Shown here one piece after another: positions 1-7,679 of a stretch of 14,934 nucleotides of DNA. The notes under the pieces are model-generated. The model saw only the letters and a list, made by a program, of their open reading frames with translations, did no database searches and was not told the DNA's origin. Source of the DNA: Octopus sinensis (lineage: Eukaryota); assembly GCF_006345805.1 (NCBI RefSeq), contig NW_021825595.1, positions 1 through 14,934 of the forward strand. Reading direction: 5' to 3'. Every line of letters starts with the position of its first letter. Within the stretch, counting starts at the first letter, position 1. The position numbers were made by a program, and so were the translations under genes.

Positions 1-66
1 ATGGTTGTGTTGTGGTGTGGTGGTGGTGGTGGTGGTGTTGGTGGTGGTGTTGGTGGTGGTGGTGGT
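1..66. repeat. (GGT)n imperfect trinucleotide microsatellite
   Basis: Run of GGT units with TGT/GTT interruptions at the window start. Confidence 0.9.
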
Positions 67-564
67 TGAAAGAAAATAGAAAAGACAGATAAACAATGAG
101 CCAAGTAGAGAGTGAAAGTGAGAGAGAGAGAGAGACAGACAGAGAAAGAGAGAGAGTCAGATAGAGAAAATGAGACAGAGACCGAAAGAGAGAGAGAGTG
201 TGAAAAAACAAGAGAGCGTCAGTGTAGAAAGCAGAAAGACAGAGAGAGAGAGAAAGAGAGAGAGTGGGAGAGGAGAGAGGCATATAAATATGGTAGGGAG
301 GGAAGGAGTAAAGGGAAAAGAAAAGATGGGCGAAGGGAGAGGCAACGACGGGATGATAAAAAGAGAGAGAGGGTCAACGATAAGATGGACTGAGAGTGGA
401 AGGGAAGACAAGGTGGGGCGCGCGAGGCTGGAGGAGAAGGAAAGAAAGAAGGAAGCAATGACAAATATAGCGAAAGTTTGTAAGACACTTGACGGGTATC
501 AAAGTGGACGAATGGAGAGAATAAAAGGAAAAGACGAGAAAGGAGTGGAAGTTGCTGGGAGAAG

Positions 565-1600
565 AGGAGGAGAGAGAAAGACAGAGAGAAGTGGAGAGAG
601 AAAGAGAGAGGGAGGTGGAGAGAGAGAGAGAAACAAAGAGAGGAGGAGCGAGAAAGACAGAGCAAGGAGATGCAAGAAAGACAGAGGGAGGGGGAGAGAG
701 AAAGGTGGAGAGTGGGGGAGAGAGAAAGACAGAGGGAGGGGGAGAGAGAAAGGCGGAAGGTGGGGGAGAGAGAAAGACAGTGGGAGGGGGAGAGAGAAAA
801 AGAGAGAGATGAGCGGGAAAGACAGAGAGAGGAGGAGCGAGAAAGACAGAGAGAAGGAACGAGAGAGACAGAGAGAGGTGGAGAGAGAAAGACAGAGAGA
901 GGAGGAGCGAGAAAGACAGAGAGAGGAGGAGAAAGAAAGACAGAGAGAGGAGGAGCGAGAAAGACAGAGAGAGGGGTGGAGAGAAAGACAGAGAGAGGAG
1001 GAGCGAGAAAGACAGAGAGAGGTGGAGAGAGAAAGACAGAGAGAGGAGGAGCGAGAAAGACAGAGAGAGGAGGAGAAAGAAAGACAGAGAGAGGAGGAGC
1101 GAGAAAGACAGAGAGAGGTGGAGAGAGAAAGACAGAGAGAGGAGGAGCGGGAAAGACAGAGAGAGGAGGAGAAAGAAAGACTGAGAGAGAAGGAACGAGA
1201 AAGACAGGAAAGACAGAGAGAGGTGGAGAAAGAAAGACAGAGAGAGAGGAGGAGCGAGAAAGACAGAGAGAGGTGGAGAGAAAGACAGAAAGAGGAGGAG
1301 AAAGAAAGACTGAGAGAGAAGGAACGAGAAAGACAGGAAAGACAGAGAGAGGTGGAGAAAAAAAAGACAGAGAGAGAGGAGGAGCGAGAAAGACACAGAG
1401 AGAGGTTGAGGAGAAAGACAGAACGAGGAGGAGAAAGAAAGACTGAGAGAGAAGGAACGAGAAAGACAGGAAAGACAGAGAGAGGTGGAGAAAGAAAGAC
1501 AGAGAGAGGAGGAGCGAGAAAGACAGAGAGAGGTGGAGCGAAAAAGACAGGGGAGGGTTGAAAGGGAAAGACAGAAAGAGGAGGAGAGAGAAAGAGAGAA
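565..1600. repeat. Purine-rich 24-bp minisatellite (consensus about ACAGAGAGAGGAGGAGCGAGAAAG) with higher-order structure
   Basis: 24-nt units with variants GGTGGAGAG / GGAGGAGCG / GGAGGAGAAAG. A 48-bp dimer recurs at 677, 725 and 773. A marker block CTGAGAGAGAAGGAACGAGAAAGACAGGAAAG recurs at 1181, 1310 and 1443. Embedded in GA-rich sequence from about 100. Confidence 0.9.
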
Positions 1601-1701
1601 GGGTGAAGATCGAGTGTATGAAGAAGAACGGCCATGAAAAAGGTTAAAGAGGAAAGCTAAAGGTTTAGTAAAAGAGAAGATTGACAGTGGGGAGGGGGAA
1701 A

Positions 1702-1860
1702 ACGATGGCGACGGCGGTGACGATGATGGTGATGACAGTGAGGAGGAGGAAGAGGAGTAGGAGGAAAAGGAGGTGGTGGTGGTGGTGGTAGTGGTAGATA
1801 TGATTATGAGGAGAATTAGGGTAGTGGGGAAGAAGGTGATGATGATGATGATGATGATGA
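1702..1860. repeat. Compound trinucleotide low-complexity tract (GAC/GAT/GAG/GGT/GAT)
   Basis: Successive short GAY, GAG, GGT and (GAT)n runs. Confidence 0.8.
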
Positions 1861-2063
1861 TGTGATTTTCTCTTTATTATTTATACCCGAAAGTATTTGG
1901 ATGTTGCTTGTTCGCAATAACAGACCCAGCACTGACGGTGAAGTAGGAAATTGGGCAAGGGAAACAACTGCTTTGAAATAAATTGGTCGTGACAACAGTC
2001 CGAAATGTGACTTCGCGTGATGGACTATTATTCGGAACATAAAATTTTATATGAAAATATATA

Positions 2064-2106
2064 AACACACACACACACCACACACACAACACACACACAC
2101 ACACAC
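2064..2106. repeat. (CA)n microsatellite
   Basis: Direct inspection. Confidence 0.95.
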
Positions 2107-2221
2107 ATCGGCGATCAGTAGCTAAGGGAAGACAATCACCTTTTTTGACATTGAATAACGGGGTCCTTTTTCTCCCCATTCTCTAGAGAGGCCACTCGTT
2201 AGAGAGGCTTTTAGCCAACAG

Positions 2222-2293
2222 GTTTTGGGATCTGATGATACGCCATAAAGCTAAGCCCTATCTGGACGTGAAACCCAAGGTAATCGCATAAAC
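2222..2293 (+). ncRNA. Type I hammerhead ribozyme motif HH1
   Basis: Stem I GTTTTGGGAT (2222-2231) / ATCGCATAAAC (2283-2293), with one mismatch and one bulge; core CTGATGA (2232-2238); extra T; stem II ACGCC...GG(A)CGT; GAAA (2270-2273); stem III ACC-caa-GGT; GTA triplet, predicted cleavage 2282/2283. Stem II closes with A-U rather than the usual G-C. AATAAA follows at about 2306. Confidence 0.65.
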
Positions 2294-2312
2294 AAGCCTT
2301 ACCAATAAACAT

Positions 2313-2340
2313 GTATATATATATATATATATATATATAG

Positions 2341-2371
<31 letters not shown>

Positions 2372-2378
2372 GTATGTA
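2313..2378. repeat. (TA)n microsatellite
   Basis: Direct inspection. Confidence 0.95.
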
Positions 2379-2466
2379 TAAGGGTGAAAAGGAACACACG
2401 AGTTGATATATATGAAAAAACAAGTCAAAAATAGAAAATGCTAAAATAATTTTATAGTGAACATTT

Positions 2467-2504
2467 CAGTACCGGTTTCGGTCATTTTGAGACCTTTTCA
2501 ACTG
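2467..2504 (-). ncRNA. Minimal type I hammerhead ribozyme motif HH2 with U3-A8 variant core
   Basis: Minus strand reads CAG-TTGAAAA-GGTC-tcaaaat-GACC-GAA-ACCGGT-A-CTG: stem I CAG/CTG, stem II GGTC/GACC, palindromic stem III ACCGGT, GTA triplet (cleavage 2470/2469). Confidence 0.7.
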
Positions 2505-2829
2505 TAACGATTAAATAATTAAATTTAGAAAAATTAGAAGAAAAGTTTTTTAAAAGAATTATTTCTATAGTAGTGTTCAGATTTAAGTGGCATTCTGCCT
2601 TTCTCTGACTCCTTGTTTGCACTTGTGTGTCGGAGGTCGTTGTGAGTTGTGGTAGGGTAGTAGAGGAAGAAGGCTGGTGAGGAAAGGGGGGGGGAGAATG
2701 GGAGTGCCCTGATGGTCGTATTTGAATGGTCAGTGGCATCTATATGCATCTATAAGTGTAAAAGAATCTCTGTATTTTCTATAACTATTTAGTATATAGA
2801 TGGTCATTGTGACCATTTAGCATTGACCT

Positions 2830-3150
2830 AGTTTTCGTTATACAAAATCTGATTGCCAAATAGTAGGATATAGCCTTTAAGACAATATAATCCCCCTTTC
2901 CACTTTAATTTCTTCAGGAATAACTTCTGACATTTATTTCACCCCTACCTATTTCGATAAATAGAAAATCTCTTTTGTCTCCATTCAACAGAATATCCCT
3001 TCCCACTTTCTAGCAGATCAAAATAACTTAAAGAAAATCTTCAAGTCAGAAGATAAATTCTAATACCTTAATGTTCTTAACATTCAAATCAACATCTCTG
3101 TCTGTAAATCTACCCTCTTTATAATGTTATCAATTAACATGAAAATAAGT
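2830..3150 (+). mobile_element. Probable degraded Penelope-like element ORF remnant (RT-to-endonuclease linker region)
   Basis: One frame reads ...DIYFTPTYFDK*KISFVSIQQNIPSHFLADQNNLKKIF..., loosely resembling the PLE linker pattern I-P-F-x-x-T-Y...L-x-x-D-x-x-L-K-x-I-F (from memory). It has internal stops and is followed by hammerhead HH3, as expected for a PLE 3' pLTR. Confidence 0.35.
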
Positions 3151-3178
3151 ATATGTATTGATGGAAAGCCTCTATGAA

Positions 3179-3262
3179 TGGCTGATGATCGCTCAACATT
3201 TTAAAACTGTTGTCATACTTACAATGTTTAATAAAACGATGTAGCGTGAAACGATCATACCA
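3179..3262 (+). ncRNA. Type I hammerhead ribozyme motif HH3 with long stem II
   Basis: TGG-CTGATGA-T-CGCT...(49 nt, partly self-complementary)...AGCG-T-GAA-ACGATCAT-A-CCA. Stem I TGG/CCA. Stem III is the palindrome ACGATCGT with one apparent CpG-decay change (CG>CA at 3256-3257). Confidence 0.55.
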
Positions 3263-3316
3263 AATTACCGAAGATATTCTTGTTGCTTACTTTGATTATA
3301 TATATACACACATAAA

Positions 3317-3500
3317 ATCGTTGGCGATTTTTTTCCTCCGTCATCCTTTTCTATTGAACTTTCCTCTGTTTCTGAAGAAGAGCTTTGCTCGAAACATAAA
3401 ACCACCTTTCTCTCCTTCCCTGAGCGTCTGCTAATACTTTACTCGTACAATGTTCTCGCGTCGTTGTTTTTTTTTTGTGTTTGTTCTTCGTATTTTGGGG
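3317..3500 (+). mobile_element. Hammerhead-bearing interspersed repeat (PLE pLTR-like), copy 1
   Basis: Homologous to 3718-3840 (shared GAGC/GCTCGAAAC..AAAAC..CTTCCCTG..CG..TAATACTTT..CTCGCGT blocks); contains HH4. Confidence 0.65.
3368..3402 (+). ncRNA. Minimal type I hammerhead ribozyme motif HH4
   Basis: GTTT-CTGAAGA-A-GAGC-ttt-GCTC-GAA-ACAT-A-AAAC. Stem III palindrome ACGT is mutated to ACAT; the intact ACGT is seen in copy 2 at 3732-3735. Confidence 0.65.
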
Positions 3501-3717
3501 GTGTGGGAAGTGGGGATTTACTATATATAATTAATAATATCAAAGTGTAATCAGAAATATTAGAAATTTCCATTACCAGTGGCCTACCGTGTAAAAATTT
3601 AGTCAATAGACTTTATATTATTCATATAAATACAGTATACATTTAAACACATAAGAGGCATCCATCATAGGACTCCTTGCACGCTAGAGAGAACAGTTAA
3701 ATTCCAAACCACTATTA

Positions 3718-3840
3718 GAGTTATGCTCGAAACGTAAAACACCCTTTCTTTCCTTCCCTGGCGTTTTTTAATACTTTGCATGTCCCACGTCCTCGCGTTA
3801 TTGTTTTTTTTCTTCATTTTTGGATTAACTGTATATACAT
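3718..3840 (+). mobile_element. Hammerhead-bearing repeat copy 2, 5'-truncated (retains stem II, GAAA and cleavage strand; lacks the CUGANGA core)
   Basis: GAGT-tat-GCTC-GAA-ACGT-A-AAAC at 3718-3740, then sequence homologous to 3403-3500. Confidence 0.65.
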
Positions 3841-3887
3841 AAAAATCCAAGGCTGTAAATAGTTTTCAGAATATTTATAAAGAAAAG

Positions 3888-3935
3888 GCCTTACAGCTGT
3901 TTCCGGGATATTTTATATATCCCTTCATCAGAGAC
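3888..3935 (-). ncRNA. Type I hammerhead ribozyme motif HH5
   Basis: Minus strand GTCT-CTGATGA-A-GGGATAT-ataaa-ATATCCC-G-GAA-ACAGCTGT-A-AGGC: perfect 7-bp stem II, 8-nt palindromic stem III, GTA triplet (cleavage 3892/3891), stem I GUCU/AGGC with one G-U. Confidence 0.75.
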
Positions 3936-4187
3936 GGTGCGAGAAAATGTTTGAGTATTAATTATTGTAGAGGAGATATGAAATACAGAGGGAGGGAAGG
4001 AAGAGAATGAAAATAGAAGTGAGATACATAAGGATATTGTATTTGCAGTTCCATTATTCAAGTAGAATGGTGTATATGTCGTGAAGATGTTTCCTGTACC
4101 TTGTGTGCGAGTTCCAATGGTAGTTATATTTGGTTATTCCAAGCATAAAGCCTTGTAAAAGGTGTTGTTCGATCGAGGGGCTTTTTT

Positions 4188-4332
4188 ATGCACATATACA
4201 TACATGTATACACAAGTGCATGGATACGTACATACATACATACATAAATACGTACATACATACAATACATACATACATACATACATGCATACATACATGC
4301 ATACATACATACATACAAAAATGCATACATAC
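4188..4332. repeat. (CATA)n / (CATG) tetranucleotide microsatellite
   Basis: Direct inspection. Confidence 0.9.
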
Positions 4333-4902
4333 ATAGCGGCAAAGACAGATACATATGGCTTCGTTTGTACGAGTACATTGTAACTTCAAACATGAGCACA
4401 TTCTTACGTATATACATAAACGTACCTAAATACATCTATATGTGCTTATAAGCAGATGCATACACACACATGCAGACGCACATATAAGTCGACATGCGTA
4501 TATACACACATATGCATGCATGAATAGGCGCGTACGTACACATCGGTTTGTCGTTGTTTAAATTCTAACAAAAGTGCCTGGTAAACAACTTTATTTTATT
4601 CAAATAAAACGCTTCAATGAATGGACACGCGCACACACATACACATACACACACACAACCACACAACCACACTCATTCATAGCTATGATGGAAGAGGAGG
4701 GAACTTGATTCTGTCTGTTCGTATCCCGCAGAGATTTAATATTATGCCGTTCAGTATACACAAATGCTGTCCTTCTATTTACCTAAGGCTTCAGCCGTCA
4801 TATGTATAAATATCTTATGTTTCTGGTGCAGGAGAAACGGCCAACTCCATAGGGCAAAAATACTAAAGTGTTCATAGCCTAAGGCTTCCTGACAAATCAA
4901 GA

Positions 4903-4959
<57 letters not shown>

Positions 4960-5178
4960 AACAGCAATAATGATAATAATAATAATGATAATAACAACAA
5001 CAACAACAATAATAATAATGATAATAATAATAATAATAACAACAACAACAACAATAACAACAACAATAATAATAATGATAATAATAATAATAATAACAAA
5101 AACAACAACAACAATAACAATAATAATAACAACAACAAAAACAACAACAATAACAATAATAACAACAACAACAACAAC

Positions 5179-5217
<39 letters not shown>
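4903..5217. repeat. Compound (AAT)n/(AAC)n microsatellite abutting the LINE 3' end
   Basis: Alternating AAT and AAC blocks with occasional GAT/AAA units. Confidence 0.95.
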
Positions 5218-5219
<2 letters not shown>

Positions 5220-6040
5220 TTTCATGTATTTGCCACAAGGGCGAAGGATGAGACGGACAATACAGAGACAGACATAAAGTGTGGGGGTCTACATATAATA
5301 ATGAAATGATAAAAAAAAGTAAGTGTACACGGTATTCACTGAAAAAGAAGGGACATATGCACAGCATACAGAGAGGATTAAAAAAGGTGGCGGGGAGGAT
5401 GGTAGAGATATGGCCCTCCTGATACAGGAAGGCGTCTAGGGATAATCGAGGAATCCCACTGTCCGAGATTTCCCCGAAACCCAAGGAGCAAGTGCCCTCG
5501 CCAATTCCTTCTCTCCGACTCACAGGTCTACACTTAGAGAGGTACCATCCACTCATGCTATTTTCGCAACTTTCACTCACCTTTCAATAAACTCACTCGA
5601 GGACAGCACTTCCCTCTCCATTCTCTATTTTCTTTTCAAGTGACACTTGAAAAAGTCAATGAGAGTTCTATCAAAGAAGAATGTATCTATCCTCATGCCT
5701 ATCATCCTTGCCCACTAAACAACCTCTTTCGCCACAGCCACCAGGCAATGGAAAACTGCCTCGCCTTCCCGATTGAAGGAGAGCGGCGGTGCGATCACCA
5801 CTGCAGGCTCGGCCGACCGTGTCCCACACGTGATAGCAGCTAGCTGTTCGTCATGACCTCACACAAGTCAGCAAAGCCTGGACACTGAACGAGGGCGTGC
5901 AGAACGGCTTCGTCACTTGGACAAGTCCGTCTGACAGCACAAGCGTGCCTGTAGAGCTTATCTCGAACCGGTAGCGCCTCCCGGTAACACTACCAGACCA
6001 ACGACATCTGGAAATTATCCATGATAGTTCCCGACCAGAA
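5218..6040 (-). mobile_element. 5'-truncated, inactivated L1-superfamily (Tx1-like) non-LTR retrotransposon: ORF2 C-terminus plus 3' UTR
   Basis: Minus translation from 6040: FWSGTIMDNFQMSLVW*CYREALPVRDKLYRHACAVRRTCPSDEAVLHALVQCP (damaged CCHC zinc knuckle) ... APPLSFNREGEAVFHCLVAVAKEVV*WARM...LIDFFKCHLKRK*RMEREVLSSSEFIER*VKVAKIA*VDGTSLSVDL* (stop 5522-5520). About 300 nt of 3' UTR ends GCCCTTGTGGCAAATACATGAAATC, followed by (ATT)n. Confidence 0.8.
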
Positions 6041-6048
6041 ATAATAAT

Positions 6049-6081
<33 letters not shown>
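6040..6081. repeat. (AAT)n(AAC)n microsatellite between two head-to-head retroelement fragments
   Basis: Direct inspection. Confidence 0.9.
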
Positions 6082-6082
<1 letters not shown>

Positions 6083-6349
6083 TGGAAACATGGGTCTTCC
6101 GTTCAACATCCTTAAACAACCCTTTTCAGGGACCTTTTGAGCGTGATGGGTTACTCAACCAGAAGAAAATTCTAACTGGGCCCCACCTGCAAGGTCATGT
6201 GCTGTTTATCTTGATATGAGATCACCATGTTGCGCACATGATGCATGTGCCTAGTGTACCCTTATCAGACGGGTGGTCATGATGGGTATGCTGGGCTTCG
6301 TATATTTTACCCCAGTGTCACTTTGATGGCATGCACTGCTCTCTCACTC
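6083..6349 (+). mobile_element. Interspersed repeat, probable 3' end of a non-LTR retroelement with (AAT)n tail
   Basis: Complex sequence ending CACTGCTCTCTCACTC directly followed by (AAT)10; resembles an abundant octopus repeat recalled from memory. Family not assigned. Confidence 0.5.
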
Positions 6350-6502
<153 letters not shown>

Positions 6503-6514
6503 AGATATAATAAT

Positions 6515-6899
6515 ATCGGCACAGGGTCGGTAATTTCGGAGAGGGGTACTTATTTTATCGAGCTCAAAAGGATAAAAAGCAAAGCCAACCTCGGCGGAAT
6601 TTGAACTCAGAACGTAATGACGGACGAAATACCTATTTCTTTACTACCCACAAGGGGCTAAACACAGAGAGGACAAACAAGGATCGGCAAACGGATTAAG
6701 TCGATTATATCGACCCCTGTGCATTATTTAATCGACCTCGAAAGGATGAAAGGCAAAGTCGACCTCGGCGGAATTTGAACTGAGAACGTAACGGCAGACG
6801 AAATACGGCTACGCATTTCGTCCGGCGTGCTAACGTTTCTGCCAGCTCACCGCTAAGCATTTTCCCGGTGTGTTAACAGTTCTACCCGCTCGCAGCCTT
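6515..6899 (-). mobile_element. tRNA-derived SINE (host), split by a nested SINE
   Basis: Minus: AAGGCTGCGAGCGGGTAGAACTGTTAACACACCGGGAAAATGCTTAGC-GGT [insert] ATTTCGTCCGTCATTACGTTCTGAGTTCAAATTCCGCCGAGG...AAGTACC. Degenerate A box, B box GTTCAAATTCC; internally deleted 3' part. Confidence 0.75.
6634..6848 (-). mobile_element. tRNA-derived SINE, near full length, nested in another SINE
   Basis: Reverse complement of 10494-10724 apart from a short internal deletion. A box TGGCAGAAACG, B box GTTCAAATTCC, tail GCCCCTTGTGGGTAGTAAAGAAATA. ACC (GGT on minus) at both junctions (6631-6633, 6849-6851). Confidence 0.9.
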
Positions 6900-6913
6900 C
6901 ATCCCCCTACAAT

Positions 6914-7051
6914 ATATTGGTTTCAAACTTTGGCACAAAGCCAGAAATTTCGAGGGTTAAGTAGATTATATCGATCCCAGTGCATAACTGGTATTTCATT
7001 TATCGACCCCCCCCCCACTAAAAAAAAGATGAAAGGCAAAGTTGACCTCGA
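6914..7051 (-). mobile_element. SINE 3'-half fragment (same core, different tail CTTTGTGCCAAAGTTTGAAACC)
   Basis: Minus: CGAGGTCAACTTTGCCTTTCATC...GGGGTCGATAAATGAAATACCAGTTATGCACTGGGATCGATATAATCTACT, matching the core of 10494-10724. Confidence 0.8.
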
Positions 7052-7086
7052 AAGTTAATAATGAAACACCGAGAGTAAAAATGAGT

Positions 7087-7565
7087 GGAATAGATATACA
7101 ATAGAAAAGGTCTCAGTGAAAGGCATATTTCAGATCATACCAACCCATGCAGACAAAGAAGAAACCAGATATTGTTATTTAGCATCAGCCATAAAAAAAT
7201 GCCTTCTAATTGATGTTCCGTTTCAAATCAATTCAGTTTCAAATCAAGACTAATAGACCAGACATTGTTGTCAAGGATTATCAAGAAAAAACATTTTCTA
7301 ATCGAGGATTAGTCCCATCAGAAGATAGTGTATTTCTAAAAGAAATGGGGAAGCATTCCAAATAGAAAGATCTGAAAATAAAAATATTAAATCACTAGAA
7401 TGCGGGGGTAGAAAACAGAAGGAATCCCAATGATAAGATGTGATGTAAGAATAATAATTATACGTAACCCCAACCTCGGGACATACAAATTTGCATAATA
7501 TCCATGAAACAGTACCATTATGCAGTGTACTCTGTATAATACATAGAATACTTTCAATTCAGAAG
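7087..7565 (+). mobile_element. Degraded R4/Dong-type non-LTR retrotransposon, restriction-like endonuclease C-terminus
   Basis: Fragments WNRYTIEKV, THADKE, KPDIVI, KKCLLIDV, then KTNRPDIVVKD (PD motif), KEMGKHSK*KDL and NIHETVPLCSVLCIIHRILSI, which parallel the R4-clade pattern NRPDIVVKD..C.LID..KE.EK..KYKDL..QK..LLGT.HILR..LS (from memory). Many stops and frameshifts. Confidence 0.7.
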
Positions 7566-7679
7566 GAAATGCAAAAATTAAAACATGGTACTATACGTAC
7601 CCAAGGTACACAGGGAGCTGTCCCCTTGCTTTGGTTGTGCATCTGTGTATTGTTCTACCAGGTGCTCAACCCTTACTTT

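Noticed and set aside
170-1561. 463-aa E/R/K-rich ORF and overlapping ORFs on both strands
   Set aside because: The purine strand has almost no T, so stops are rare by composition; the reading drifts between repeat phases (RERQREEE to KTERGG), as expected for non-coding indels.
1880-2040. Complex segment with weak exon-like signals on both strands
   Set aside because: No strong donor and no recognisable peptide in any frame.
2800-2816. Perfect hairpin ATGGTCA-ttg-TGACCAT
   Set aside because: Isolated 7-bp stem without hammerhead core or GAAA on either strand; compatible with chance.
3940-4180. GIY-YIG endonuclease tail on the minus strand upstream of HH5
   Set aside because: Only vague fragments (SPSIEQHL, YTPFYLN) in different frames; position fits a PLE but the evidence is too weak to call.
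4872-5580. Poly-L, poly-I and poly-T ORFs
   Set aside because: Translations of the AAT/AAC microsatellite plus LINE 3' UTR.
5630-5960. Plus-strand resemblance to an RTE C-terminus (FK.TLKKSM, QWKT, HKRAC)
   Set aside because: Motif spacing is wrong, and the minus strand gives a much more coherent Tx1-type ORF2 end.
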